Shown here piece after piece: positions 1 through 12,500 of a DNA stretch of 64,000 bases. Numbering within the stretch: position 1 is the stretch's first letter; each line of letters opens with the position of its first letter. The notes beneath the pieces were generated by a model, which searched no databases, was not told where the DNA came from, and saw only the letters and a program-made list of their open reading frames with translations. Position numbers and translations under genes: made by a program. Origin of the DNA: an uncultured Planctomycetaceae bacterium (GTDB lineage: Bacteria; Planctomycetota; Phycisphaerae; SM23-33); assembly GCA_964583095.1 (NCBI GenBank), contig CAZOVB010000009.1, positions 11,379 to 75,378 of the forward strand. Reading direction: 5' to 3'.

Positions 1-365
1 TTGCCGGTCGGGCTGTTGAAGCCGTCGGGCTTGGCAAGATCCAGCTTGCCCACGCAGCCCACGCGGTAGCCGAAATCGCGAAGCTGCTGATAGTAGGTCG
101 GCGTCCCGGCCGGCAGGAAGGAATGATTGTCCATGGAGCCCAGGCGGTGAGGTCTGAGGCCCGAAGCCAGGCCAATACGGGCCGGGGCGCAGACCGGGCT
201 GGTCGAATAGCAGTTGGTGAACACCCGCCCCCGGGCAGCCAGGCGGTCGAGGTTGGGAGTCGAGACCCAGTCAGCTCCTGCATAGCCGAGATAGTCGGAT
301 CGCTGCTGGTCGGCTGAGATGAACAGGATGTTGGGCTTGTCCTGGAAGGGAGCAAAGGGCGGCAT
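1..365 (-). CDS. Sulfatase (Cys-type, arylsulfatase A family), N-terminal part. The gene continues past the left edge of the window.
   Basis: Hand translation of the reverse strand from the ATG at 363-365 gives MPPFAPFQDKPNILFISADQQRSDYLGYAGADWVSTPNLDRLAARGRVFTNCYSTSPVCAPARIGLASGLRPHRLG. It has the sulfatase N-terminal metal-binding (I/L)xxxxDQ pattern and the C-x-P-x-R formylglycine motif (CAPAR). No hydrophobic signal peptide is visible. Confidence 0.85.
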   Translation of the reverse strand, partial: MPPFAPFQDKPNILFISADQQRSDYLGYAGADWVSTPNLDRLAARGRVFTNCYSTSPVCAPARIGLASGLRPHRLGSMDNHSFLPAGTPTYYQQLRDFGYRVGCVGKLDLAKPDGFNSPTG

Positions 366-439
366 GGTATCTCCTGTGTCTGAATCTGATCTAGTCTGCG
401 ATTGTAAGAAGAGGATATCTGCTGTTATGATGGCTGTCC

Positions 440-1339
440 ATGGCAAGAGCTGATGCAAACCTGTCTGATTCTGATCTCCCGGCCGAGCCTCCGCCGCAAC
501 ACAACCCCCATGCGATGGACGATCGCAGCGTTTACTTCCCTGTTCTGCCCGAAGATGTCGGCCGTGAGGAGGTCATTCGCATCGGCCGAGAAAGCTGGCG
601 GAAAGGCATGTGCATCCGGCGCCGGACCCGGGACAACTATGTCCTGCTGTGCGTGCTTGGCGGCAGAGGCGGCTACGAAGGCGAGAATGGCCTGACCGGG
701 ATCGGCCCGGGATGGACAGCAGGGCTTTCCCCTCACAGCCCCCACTGCATCTGGTGCATCGAAGAACCGATGGAAGTGATTCGCGTTGTGGCGGCCGGCA
801 GCGGGATGCGACAACGTTTCCAGGAGAATCTCGGCGGGCAGTGCGTCGCGCTGCCCATGCGGAATCCTTCCCAGGTTCAGGCGGTGTTCAGGTGGCTTTT
901 CGATGCGGTGGATCAGACCCCCACCCTCGGGCGCCGGCTGGCCAACCAGGCCCTGTCGGTGTTGTTGCTGACGATCCGGCGAAATCGAGGACCTGGGCGG
1001 GCACGCTCTCGAGCGGAGGAAACCTACCTTGTCGCCAGGGCTTACCTGGAAAGACACTTCGATAAGCAGATCACGGTTGCCCAATTGGCCGAGGAAGCCG
1101 GGGTACGCAGCGAACACCTGGCCCGTCTCTTCCAGCGGTTCGCCGGCGAGCCCCCCAGCCGCCTGCTCCAGCGCCTGCGGATGAACAAGGCAGCCCACCT
1201 GCTGGCCGATACCGGATTCAGCGTCGCCCGGGTCAGCGGCTCGGTCGGCTACGGCGACCCCTTCGCGTTTTCCAAGGCGTTCCGGCGATCCTTCGGCCTC
1301 TCCCCCCGCAAGTACCGCAAGCTCCAACGGGAGCCCTGA
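440..1339 (+). CDS. AraC-family transcriptional regulator
   Basis: The C-terminus carries a double HTH typical of AraC/XylS: ITVAQLAEEAGVRSEHLARLFQRFAGEPPSRLLQRLRMNKAAHLLADTGFSVARVSGSVGYGDPFAFSKAFRRSFGLSPRKYR. It is divergent from the sulfatase at 1-365. Confidence 0.85.
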   Translation: MARADANLSDSDLPAEPPPQHNPHAMDDRSVYFPVLPEDVGREEVIRIGRESWRKGMCIRRRTRDNYVLLCVLGGRGGYEGENGLTGIGPGWTAGLSPHSPHCIWCIEEPMEVIRVVAAGSGMRQRFQENLGGQCVALPMRNPSQVQAVFRWLFDAVDQTPTLGRRLANQALSVLLLTIRRNRGPGRARSRAEETYLVARAYLERHFDKQITVAQLAEEAGVRSEHLARLFQRFAGEPPSRLLQRLRMNKAAHLLADTGFSVARVSGSVGYGDPFAFSKAFRRSFGLSPRKYRKLQREP

Positions 1340-1358
1340 GACGGCCGATGTGCCGGAT

Positions 1359-2417
1359 TTAAAGCGGCGAGTTGTCGACCTCTTCAAGAACCTCGTAGAG
1401 GGCCTGGATGTTCTCCCATGGCACGCCGGGAGCCAACTGCCCTCCCAGTGAAAGGCCTCCATCCGGACTTGAGAGCCTCTCGACGCACCGCCAGACATAC
1501 TCCTTGATCCGGGTCGGCGCGCCCCTGGCGATCAACCTTGCGCTGAGGCATAGATCGATTGCGACGCGGCCCTTGGCCTTTGAGGCCAGCCACTCCAGAC
1601 CGACAGCATCTTCCTGGCAGTTGATTACCTGCACACCGCATTCGATCAGATCGTCGAGAAGTTCGTGGATATCGCCGTCCGAGTGCATGTGCACCAGGGC
1701 CCCCGCTTCGCGGGCCGGCGCCATGATCCGTCGATACGAAGGAACGATATACCGGCGGAACTGCTCGGGCCCCATCATGGGCCCCACCTGCATCCCCAGA
1801 TCCTCCGGGTAGGCCATGACGTCCGGCTTGGACTCCAGCATCCGCTGGACCACGCCCAGGTTGAACCGCTCGATCGTCTCGATCAATTCATCAAGTTTCG
1901 GCTCGCTGTCGACCATGTCGAAAAGAAGATTCTCATACCTGCGCAGGTCGCAGAGGCGCAGAAAGGTGTGCCCGTGCGGCAGGCTCAAGCGAACCAACTC
2001 TCCGCCGGACCTCTTCCGGTTGCAGGTGTCTTGAATCTCCTCCCAGTTGACCCAAGTCCGGCCGTTGGTCGCTTCCGGCGACGGGGGCGACCAATTCTCA
2101 ACCGCCTGCCAATTCTCCAGGGGGAACTCCACCACCTGCCCCGTCGCCCCCTCCTCGGCCGTCTCCCACACGCAGCCCCAGGGGTCGGTGTACCGTTGGC
2201 CAACACTTGCCCACGGTCTGAAGCGGACCGGATACGAATCCGGTTTCCACGTGCCTCGGGCGATGACCGGATGGGCCTCGATCAACTCCCAGAGACGCTT
2301 CTGGTCGTAGTTCTCCTCTACCAGCGCCGAGCCCCACAGGCCGAAAGAAACCGGGATTCTCTCGGGCCCCTGCATCCGCCAGGCTCGCAGTTTGTTCTCG
2401 CGTGAATCCAATACCAT
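1359..2417 (-). CDS. Uroporphyrinogen-decarboxylase (URO-D) fold family protein (MtaA/HemE-like), function unknown
   Basis: Track ORF 1359..2798. The upstream 127 aa are low-complexity P/G/R-rich, so I chose the internal ATG at 2415-2417 (MVLDSRENKLRAWRMQGPERIPVSF). URO-D-like C-terminal pattern: VHMHSDGDIHELLDDLIECGVQVINCQ. Confidence 0.7.
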   Translation of the reverse strand: MVLDSRENKLRAWRMQGPERIPVSFGLWGSALVEENYDQKRLWELIEAHPVIARGTWKPDSYPVRFRPWASVGQRYTDPWGCVWETAEEGATGQVVEFPLENWQAVENWSPPSPEATNGRTWVNWEEIQDTCNRKRSGGELVRLSLPHGHTFLRLCDLRRYENLLFDMVDSEPKLDELIETIERFNLGVVQRMLESKPDVMAYPEDLGMQVGPMMGPEQFRRYIVPSYRRIMAPAREAGALVHMHSDGDIHELLDDLIECGVQVINCQEDAVGLEWLASKAKGRVAIDLCLSARLIARGAPTRIKEYVWRCVERLSSPDGGLSLGGQLAPGVPWENIQALYEVLEEVDNSPL

Positions 2418-2470
2418 TCCTTTCTGTTTCCCGCAGCAGAAGCTGCAAAACACGCCGTTGGGGCCAAAGG

Positions 2471-2815
2471 TCACACCCCGCCCCACCGCTTCCAGGCCAG
2501 GAGAATCATCAAGGCCAGAACCAGCCAGACGGCCGTGGCGGTGGCCAGCGCGATAAGGATATTCGACCGGCGGACCGTAAGAAAGACACACAGCAGAAAT
2601 CCCGCGTAGGCCAGGATCGAAGACAGTCCGAAAAGGCTGGTCCGACGAACCTGCTGATCGCCCTGGTTGGAGAAGATGAAGTAATAGGCCGGCAGGGAGA
2701 AGATCGGAAACAGCAGGACCAGACTGGTCAGGTAGTAATAGGACTTGCTCTTGGCCAGAAAATGAAGGGCAAGCATGATCATCGCTCCGGCCAGGCATTT
2801 GTAGATGAGGTACAT
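2471..2815 (-). CDS. Small integral membrane protein (GlpM-like, about 4 TM segments)
   Basis: MYLIYKCLAGAMIMLALHFLAKSKSYYYLTSLVLLFPIFSLPAYYFIF... is strongly hydrophobic. By memory it resembles the GlpM family pattern (LAKTKNYY..L.PLFP). Start chosen at the second Met (2815). Confidence 0.55.
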   Translation of the reverse strand: MYLIYKCLAGAMIMLALHFLAKSKSYYYLTSLVLLFPIFSLPAYYFIFSNQGDQQVRRTSLFGLSSILAYAGFLLCVFLTVRRSNILIALATATAVWLVLALMILLAWKRWGGV

Positions 2816-2967
2816 TGCGACAGTCTCCAGACGAAGGAAAACCCAGATCGACATGGAATACTGCGCTCTGTCGCCTCGAGGATCAAGGCTCGGACTGGCC
2901 GGGACAAGAGGAACCGACTAGAATGAGAAACACTGCCCCTCTATTTCCGGATCGAAGGAGACCGACC

Positions 2968-3150
2968 ATGAAGCTTCGTTCTTGTCATGTCCGGATTGTC
3001 GCGTCGTGTGTCTTTTCGCCCTGGACCGCTGCACTGGCCGACCTCATGCCCGGCCGGGATCGGCGAAATCCAGGAGAGATGACCCGGCGCGCTGAGCCTG
3101 TGCCGATTGATTTTTTCCGGCGCAGTCTATACGGTTCGGCCACCTTCTGA
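2968..3150 (+). CDS. Hypothetical small (60 aa) protein with a signal-peptide-like N-terminus
   Basis: The ATG at 2968 is preceded by AAGGAG with 7 nt spacing (cgAAGGAGaccgaccATG). N-terminus MKLRSCHVRIVASCVFSPWTAALA/DL resembles a Sec signal. No recognisable family; it could be a gene remnant. Confidence 0.25.
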   Translation: MKLRSCHVRIVASCVFSPWTAALADLMPGRDRRNPGEMTRRAEPVPIDFFRRSLYGSATF

Positions 3151-3166
3151 TTCAGGAACCATACCC

Positions 3167-4663
3167 GTGAGAAAACTGGAAACATCCGTCAGTTTCGTCA
3201 TGACAGCCCTTGCAATTGGAGCATTGTCCGTGTGCGCATCCCAAGCCGGCCAACCCGAATATCCCCCCGTTTCCAGACCGCAGGACACCTCCGCTTTCGG
3301 TGAGAACATTCAACGAACCATGCACCTGCTGGCTTCGAGCACACAGGAGAAACCCAACACCGTCCGGATCCTTTTCTACGGCCAGTCGGTGACCAAACAG
3401 GACTGGTGGAAGCTGGTCGTGGCGGATCTGCGAAAGCGGTTTCCCACGGCCAATATCATTGCCGAGAACCCCTCGATCGGCGGCTTCGCTTCCCAGAGGC
3501 TCATCAATACCACGCCGATGGATGTGGGCGGGTTCTATCCGGACCTGGTGATCTTCCACGTCTTCGGCTCCCACAACAACTACGAAGACATCCTCCGCTG
3601 GATCCGGGCCAATACAACCGCGGAAATCGCCATCGCCACCGATCACCTTCACTCCCGTACCGATCCGAAGAAGCCCGACGACGGATGGCTGGCCTTTATG
3701 AACGAACGATTCCTCCCCGCCGTCGCCCAGGCCTACGACTGCCAGTTGACCGACGTGCGCAGGCCCTGGCGGAACTATCTGATCGAGCATGACCTTCCAA
3801 GCCAGGCCGTCTTGCGCGACGGGGTGCACTTGAACGACCAGGGCTGCCGGCTGATGGCCCAGCTTGTGGGGCGCACGCTCCAGGTTCGCCCCGACCAGAC
3901 CCCCGCAGCCGAGTCCTGGGTGCGGACATACGAAGTGGGCAAGGACGTGAAGGTCAAAGACGACAAGATCATCCTGGAATTCACGGGCAACCGCGTGGTA
4001 GCGCTGTCGAATTCCGGCGAAGAACCCGCCATCATGGAAGTCCGCATCGACGGCAGGAAACCTTCGGAGCTTGTCGAGCCCTACCGCTTCACCCGGGCCA
4101 ATGCCGGGCCCGGCCAGGACTGGCCCTGGACGGTCGGGGCCCCAGTGAAAATCACCTCCAAGACTGCTCTGAGGCCCGAGACCTGGACGATCACCGTCAC
4201 CGATGGCGGCCCTGAAGCCTTTGATTTCACGTTGGAAGGCTCCAAGACCGGGCCCGACGGGAAGGGCTCCACCGAGAAGGACTTCGTCAGCGACTCGGGC
4301 AGGGTCATCATCCAGCCCGAGCACTGGTGGAAGTCCACGCCCAAGGGCAAGGTCAGCCCGGTCAAGCCGGGGTACAAACTGGTCTTCGAATCCCAGCTCA
4401 TGGGAACGGACCTTTACGAGCCGCCGGCGGAGGTCGAGGGCACCGGCCCGGCCCGAACAGTGCTGGTCAGCGGCCTGAGCAACGGCCCACACCGGCTGGA
4501 ATTGAACATCCGCAACGGTGGCGAACTCAGCCTTCAGGCCTTGCGAATCCACGAGCCGCCTCTCAAGCCCAGCGGCAAGGCCCGGCGCGTCGACGAGATC
4601 GTCACTCCCGGCGGGGAAGGCAGCGCCGACGACCTGCCGGCCTCCTTCCTTGAGCCGATGTGA
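3167..4663 (+). CDS. SGNH/GDSL-family hydrolase (probable carbohydrate esterase) with C-terminal beta-sandwich extension, secreted
   Basis: SGNH block I: VRILFYGQSVTKQDWW. Block II-like: NPSIGGFASQRL. Block V: DGVHLNDQGCRLMAQ. A GTG start at 3167 gives the signal peptide VRKLETSVSFVMTALAIGALSVCASQA. Alternative ATG at 3200. Confidence 0.75.
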   Translation: MRKLETSVSFVMTALAIGALSVCASQAGQPEYPPVSRPQDTSAFGENIQRTMHLLASSTQEKPNTVRILFYGQSVTKQDWWKLVVADLRKRFPTANIIAENPSIGGFASQRLINTTPMDVGGFYPDLVIFHVFGSHNNYEDILRWIRANTTAEIAIATDHLHSRTDPKKPDDGWLAFMNERFLPAVAQAYDCQLTDVRRPWRNYLIEHDLPSQAVLRDGVHLNDQGCRLMAQLVGRTLQVRPDQTPAAESWVRTYEVGKDVKVKDDKIILEFTGNRVVALSNSGEEPAIMEVRIDGRKPSELVEPYRFTRANAGPGQDWPWTVGAPVKITSKTALRPETWTITVTDGGPEAFDFTLEGSKTGPDGKGSTEKDFVSDSGRVIIQPEHWWKSTPKGKVSPVKPGYKLVFESQLMGTDLYEPPAEVEGTGPARTVLVSGLSNGPHRLELNIRNGGELSLQALRIHEPPLKPSGKARRVDEIVTPGGEGSADDLPASFLEPM

Positions 4664-4905
4664 GTTTCCTTCGTTTCGGTCCGAGCAACGGCCCTGCCGA
4701 GGCATCGCCTTGAAGAACCACATCGACTATCGAATTGTGGCAGGTCATAAGCGTTTTTTCTCGTTAGATGTTGCCCGGCTAAAGGATTTCGCGGGAACGA
4801 AATCCTTCTCGCACACGCTTGGTTGGACGAGTTTTCTTTGCCCTTGCCCGGCCTGTTGGGGGCGTTTAGACTGCACGCCAACCCAGAGCCCTACAGGAGT
4901 CAGCC

Positions 4906-6102
4906 ATGCTTTACAGACGTTTCGGCCGGACCGAGCTTCCCATGCCTGTCATTACGTGCGGCGGGATGCGATATCAGGCCTCGTGGACCTTCGATGAAAC
5001 AGATGCGATCACGGAAGAGAACCAGGCCAACCTGGCCGCCACGCTCGAAAGAGCAACCGAACTGGGGATTACCCACATTGAGACCGCCCGCGGATACGGC
5101 ACAAGCGAAATCCAGATCGGTCGCGTGTTCGGCTCCGGACAGGTCGACCGGGACCGCGTGATTCTCCAAACCAAGCTGGGCCTGACCGAAACCGGCGCCG
5201 AATGGCTCGAGTGGTTCGAGCAATCCCTCGAGCGTCTCCAGACCGACCGCATCGATCTGCTGGCCATCCACGGTATCAATAACTTCCAGGTCCTCTCCCA
5301 GGCCACCGCCCCCGGAGGGCCGCTTGATGTTGCTGAGAAACTCAAGCGACAGGGCCGGGCCAAGCATATTGGCTTCAGCACGCACGGGCCGGCGGACGTG
5401 CTGCTTGAGGCCGTCCGGACCAACCGCTTCGACTACATCAACCTGCACTGGTACTGGATTTTCCAGGACAACTGGCCGGTGATTATCGAGGCCCGGGCCC
5501 GCGACATGGGCGTCTTCATCATCAGCCCCTGCGACAAGGGCGGCAAGCTCTACGAGCCTCCCCAAACGCTGGTGGACCTCTGCAAGCCGCTGCACCCGAT
5601 GGTGTTCAACGACTGCTGGTGCCTCCTGCGAGGCGAAGTGCACACGCTGAGTATCGGGGCGGCCAGAGGCAGCGATTTCGATGCGCATATCGAAGCGGTT
5701 GAACGGCTGGAAAAACCCGAAACCGTTGCGATGATCCAGGAGATCGACCAGCGGCTCCACGACCACGGAGCCAAGGTACTCGGCGCGGACTGGTGGAACA
5801 CCTGGCAGGAAGGCCTGGCCCCGTGGCAAGGCACTCCGGGCAGTGTGAACCTTCCGATGATCCTGCGACTGTGGAACCTGGCCAAGGCGTTTGACATGGT
5901 CGAATACGGCAAGATGCGCTACAACCTCCTGGGCAACGGCGGCCACTGGTTCCCCGGTGCTCAGTTGGGCGATACCGACCCGAAAGACCTTTCAAGCGTT
6001 CTGGATGCCAGCCCCCACCGCCAGAGGATTCCGCAGGTCGTGGCCGAAGCGCACGAGATGCTCCAGGGCGACGAGGTCAAGCGACTTCAGGAAGAACAGT
6101 AG
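4906..6102 (+). CDS. Aldo/keto reductase family oxidoreductase
   Basis: MLYRRFGRTELPMPVITCGGMRYQ and GITHIETARGYGTSE are typical AKR N-terminal motifs. AGGAG Shine-Dalgarno lies upstream (caggagtcagccATG). Confidence 0.8.
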   Translation: MLYRRFGRTELPMPVITCGGMRYQASWTFDETDAITEENQANLAATLERATELGITHIETARGYGTSEIQIGRVFGSGQVDRDRVILQTKLGLTETGAEWLEWFEQSLERLQTDRIDLLAIHGINNFQVLSQATAPGGPLDVAEKLKRQGRAKHIGFSTHGPADVLLEAVRTNRFDYINLHWYWIFQDNWPVIIEARARDMGVFIISPCDKGGKLYEPPQTLVDLCKPLHPMVFNDCWCLLRGEVHTLSIGAARGSDFDAHIEAVERLEKPETVAMIQEIDQRLHDHGAKVLGADWWNTWQEGLAPWQGTPGSVNLPMILRLWNLAKAFDMVEYGKMRYNLLGNGGHWFPGAQLGDTDPKDLSSVLDASPHRQRIPQVVAEAHEMLQGDEVKRLQEEQ

Positions 6103-6146
6103 AAAGCCGCCCCCCCGGTACGATCCGTTGAAGGGAGAGACTTCCC

Positions 6147-7244
6147 ATGCCGCTGAAAATCAAAGACCCCTCGGCCTGCCTCTGGGACGAGGTATCCCTG
6201 GGCGAGGTCATGCTTCGACTGGATCCCGGCGATACCCGGATCCACACCACACGAAACTTCCGGGTCTGGGAGGGCGGCGGGGAGTACAACGTCGCCCGGG
6301 GCCTGCGACGATGCTTCGGCAAACGCACCGCGGTCATCACGCGCCTGGTCGACAACGCGGTCGGACGTCTCGTAGAGGACCTCATGCTCCAGGGCGGGGT
6401 CGACCTGCGGTACCTGAAATGGGCCGAGTTTGACGGACTGGGCAAGAAGGCCCGCAACGGGCTGAACTTCACCGAGCGCGGCTTCGGCCTTCGCGGCGCC
6501 AAGGGCGGCATCGACCGAGGCCACACCGCGATCAGCCAGGTCCAGGTTGGGGATTTCGACTTCGAGCAGGTCTTCGCCCGCGACGGATCCCGGTGGTTCC
6601 ACTGCGGGGGAATTTTTGCCGCCCTGGGCGCGCATACGCCCGACGTGGCGATCGAGGCCATGAAGTGCGCCAAGGCCAACGGCACGATCATCAGTTACGA
6701 CCTGAACTATCGCCCGTCGCTCTGGCGGGAGTACGGCGGCAGCAAGCGTGCGATCGAGGTCAACCGGGAAATTGCCCGCTACGTGGATGTGATGATCGGC
6801 AACGAGGAAGACTTCACCAAGTGCCTGGGCTTCGAGGTCGAGGGCGTCGACGAGAATCTCTCTTCGCTGGACCCGGCCGGCTTCCGGAAGATGATCGAAA
6901 AGGTCGTCAAGGAGTTCCCGAACTTCGCGGTGGTGGCCACCACGCTGAGGGGAGTCAAGACTGCGACCGTCAACGACTGGGGCGCGATCTGCTGGGCCGA
7001 CGGGGAATTCTACTCTGCCACCAAAAGGCCGAACCTGGAAATCTACGACCGCGTGGGCGGCGGGGACAGCTTCGCCTCCGGGTTGATCTATGGCCTGCTT
7101 GAAGGCCTGGGGCCCCGGCAGGCGGTGGAATACGGAGCGGCCCACGGGGCCCTGGCGATGACCACCCCTGGCGATACCACCATGGCCTCGCTTTCGGAAG
7201 TCGCGGCGCTGGTGGGTGGGGGCAGCGCCCGCGTGGTTCGTTAG
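6147..7244 (+). CDS. PfkB-family carbohydrate kinase (2-keto-3-deoxygluconate kinase-like)
   Basis: PfkB signature 2 [20 protein letters not shown], with N-terminal [11 protein letters not shown] as in KdgK-type kinases. GGGAGAG SD upstream. Confidence 0.8.
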   Translation: MPLKIKDPSACLWDEVSLGEVMLRLDPGDTRIHTTRNFRVWEGGGEYNVARGLRRCFGKRTAVITRLVDNAVGRLVEDLMLQGGVDLRYLKWAEFDGLGKKARNGLNFTERGFGLRGAKGGIDRGHTAISQVQVGDFDFEQVFARDGSRWFHCGGIFAALGAHTPDVAIEAMKCAKANGTIISYDLNYRPSLWREYGGSKRAIEVNREIARYVDVMIGNEEDFTKCLGFEVEGVDENLSSLDPAGFRKMIEKVVKEFPNFAVVATTLRGVKTATVNDWGAICWADGEFYSATKRPNLEIYDRVGGGDSFASGLIYGLLEGLGPRQAVEYGAAHGALAMTTPGDTTMASLSEVAALVGGGSARVVR

Positions 7245-7306
7245 CTCTTGCCGCGCGTGGCAGATACCGCATTGCCGCAGGACGGTGCATCGACTATCAT
7301 TCCGGC

Positions 7307-9391
<2,085 letters not shown>

Positions 9392-9466
9392 CCGGGCACA
9401 CAGAAGCTTCAACCGTATCGACAGGCATTTTCCTGCGAACTCCCGGCAGCGCTGCGCACCAAAGCA

Positions 9467-9499
9467 GCGAGGCGCGGCGAACCAGTCGCCGCGCCTCGC
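9467..9499. terminator. Perfect 14-bp-stem hairpin between convergent genes (candidate bidirectional terminator)
   Basis: gcgaggcgcggcga (9467-9480), loop accag, tcgccgcgcctcgc (9486-9499). It lies between the nadE stop (9391) and the stop of the minus-strand gene at 9529. Flanking T-tracts are weak. Confidence 0.5.
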
Positions 9500-9528
9500 G
9501 TTCTGCTGTCTTTCATCCAGACTGCGGC

Positions 9529-12500
9529 TCAGTCGGTCAACTCGATCGCTCCGGCGTCACGCTTGCCCTTGGGCGCCTGGGAGCGGAAGTCGCGGAACTG
9601 TGGCCCGTCGAACTGCCACTTGTAGAGCTCCTGGATCGTCGTACGAGCGTCGGCCAGGGTGCCCTGGCTGATCCGGAGGAACTCGATCGTGCAGGCGAGG
9701 TTCTCGCCATCCGGCGTGCCGCCGACGTAGAAGTCACCTTCGTTCTGCACTTTCTGGGCTGAGAAAATTCCGGGGCCCGAAGCATCGAGCTTGCCGTCCA
9801 CATAGATCCGGAAGCCGTAGCTCGTGCGGTTCGATTCTGCAATGACGTGGTGCCATTTCCCGTCAGCGATCTTCGTCTTGCTCCGCAGGATCGGCGAGTT
9901 GTGGTCCAATTTTTCGCCGGCTCCGGCACGGAACATGATCTTGCCGTCCTGATCGACTTCGAGCTTGTACCCGCCATCGGACCATTTCCGACAGATCACG
10001 CCCTTGGAACCGGGCTCGACCTTGATGTACGTCTCGATCAGGAAGTTGCTCTGGTAGATCTGCGGCGAACGGATGTCGCTGCCGGAAACCTGAACCTTCT
10101 TCCTATACCGGTCCAGGGCGGTCGTCGTTTCCTTACCCGCACCGGCCTGCTCGGCCAAGCCGATTCGCACCGTGCCGCTGCGAGTGGTCGTGTCGGTGTT
10201 CCCCGTCTTGGTGTACGAGACCACCAGCACCAGGGCCCTGACATCTTCAAGGTCCTTGGACTCGACCTTGAATTCGTAGGGGCCTTTGCCGGTGACCGTC
10301 TGGGGATCGCTGACAGCCATGATCCCGCCCCAGGCACGAGGCACCGTGTAGCCAAGCTGCACGACGAGTTTGCGCCCCAGGTCGATATCATTGGGCAACT
10401 CGACGGTGACCTTGAAGGTCTCGCCGGGCTTGACCTGATCGGGATGCTTCACAATCGCCCAGCCGCCGGGAACCCGAACCTGGTCGTTGTACTGGATCGG
10501 CTCGACGGTCTTCTCGTGCTCGAGCATCAGGTACTGGTCCTTGCCATTGAGTTTCAGGGCGCCCTGGGTCCAGTCCTCCAGGGGGCCTTGCACGTAATCG
10601 GACTTCGTGACATTGACCGCCTTGAGCGGATACGTCGGCTGGTCCATGTAGCCCTTCCGGTCGCGGAAGTACTTTGGCATGTTCCAATGCTCGTCGATGA
10701 CGACTGTGGGGTCTTCACGGTTGACCGTGAAGGGCCACTCGCCCACGACGCTGTAGAGGCCCCAGGGCATGAACGTCTTGGAGCCGTAGTCGATGGCGGC
10801 CGATCCCTGGGAAAGGCGGAAGTCATGCTTTTCGGGATCGCGAAGCGGGGACTTGTCGGCCATCACGCCCACGTCGGTCGTCAGAGTCCCTCTTTGCTGG
10901 AGAGCCTTGCTGAAGGCTTCGACGTCCTCGAACCATCGGCCCGACTCCTCGAAAGCACCGAGGTGGCCGCTGATGTCGTAGAAGACATTGTTGGCCCAGG
11001 CCATCGTGGCATAGGAGTAGGCGCCCTTGTCGTCGGGCACGTCCATCTGGTTCGGCTCTGCCGCCTGCTTGCCGCGGGGTCTGGCGTAGTAGAAGACGTA
11101 CTGGGAGATATCCTGCCAGATGTTGCCCAGGTGCTTGTTGCGACCGTTCTCGGGCCTCTGCTGACGGCTGCCCTGGCGGAACTTGTAGATGGTGTTGTTC
11201 AGGAACGTGTTCTGGTACCCGATAATTCCCTGAATACCGGCCGTGTTGGCCAGGGGGCTTTCGGGGTCGCTGACCTTGCCCCAGGCGATGTTATTGAAGT
11301 AGTAGTTCTTGAATCCACCGTCGATGTAGTAGGCGTGTCCGAATCGGCTGCCTGCGAATTCGTCGTACTTCTTGTTGTGGTATCCGCCGGGGTTGCCGCT
11401 GATGTTGTTCCAGACGTACTGTGGGCCTCCCTGCCAGGTCTCGATCCCGCCCCAGTCGCTGGCGGTGAGCAACGAGTCGGTGACCTTGTTGTGGTGAATG
11501 AGGATTCGCGTCAGGAGTGCCTCTCCCTCGGCCCCGCTGCTCTTGCCGCCGAAGACGAAGATGCCCGGTCCATACATTCGGTCCAGGATGTTCCCGGCGA
11601 TCTCCAGCGTCTGTACGTAGTTGACGTGAATGCCCGCGGAGTTGCTGGTGCGCTCGGCCCGAGCACCGATACGAAGCATTCGGTTGCGAAGAATCGACAC
11701 GTTCCATCCATAGGGGCCGGTGCCGATCGGATTCTTGCCGATGTCAATGATGAAGCCCTTATTGACCACGTCGCGAAGATCGTTGTCGTGAATCTCCAGA
11801 TTCGCGATCCGGTCCTTATCGTCCTTGGCCTGGACCATGACGGCGGTAATGCAGTGCTCGAACGTGCAGTTGCCAATGGAGACGTTCCTGGCCGTACCGT
11901 CGATCTGAACGGCCGCCGGCGCGATATTCTTGCCGAAGAACCAGGCCAGTCCGTATCGCCAGTCGCGATTGTTGAAGCGAAAGGCCAGGTTGCTGATTTT
12001 CACGTTCTGGAGGTCTCTGGACTCAACCAGCGCGTAGCGTTTGGCCGCCTCGATCCGAAGAGAGTTGGGATCCTTGTCGCCGGGCATCCGGGCGTAGATC
12101 CGGGCCGAGTTCTCGCCGGTCTTCTCCACCCACATCTCCCCGGCCTGGTCGAGGAACTGGGGCTTGTTCTCCAGGTAGTAGCGCTGACCCCGATAGACAT
12201 TCTGGGCCCTGTTCGTGCTGCCCCAGATGCCCCGAAAGGCCACTTTGCCTTCCTCGACGTCTACGCCCTGAACCTCGGCCGCGATGGGCGTTCCCATCAC
12301 AAAGCCCCACTTGGTCCAGACGATTGCGCCCTTGAGGACCTCCTTGGGAAACTGGCTCAGACGCGGGTCCTGTCCGACGACCATGTTTTGCTCGGGGTTG
12401 TCCGGGTTCTTCCCGGTGCCGCCGTTCTTCCAGGTCCACCACTCGCTCAGGACGTCATCCTCGTTGGTCTCTTCCCAGTTGGGGGTCCTGGCCAGCTTGA

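Noticed and set aside
2418-2798. N-terminal 127-aa extension of the URO-D-like ORF (track 1359..2798)
   Set aside because: The extension is P/G/S/R-rich and overlaps the GlpM-like gene on the same strand in another frame. The URO-D-like homology begins right after the Met at 2417.
4782-4807. Perfect 10-bp inverted repeat aaggatttcg / cgaaatcctt in the spacer before the aldo/keto reductase
   Set aside because: There is no following T-tract, so it is not a convincing terminator, and there is no second copy or known operator consensus. It could be a regulator site, but the evidence is too thin to call.
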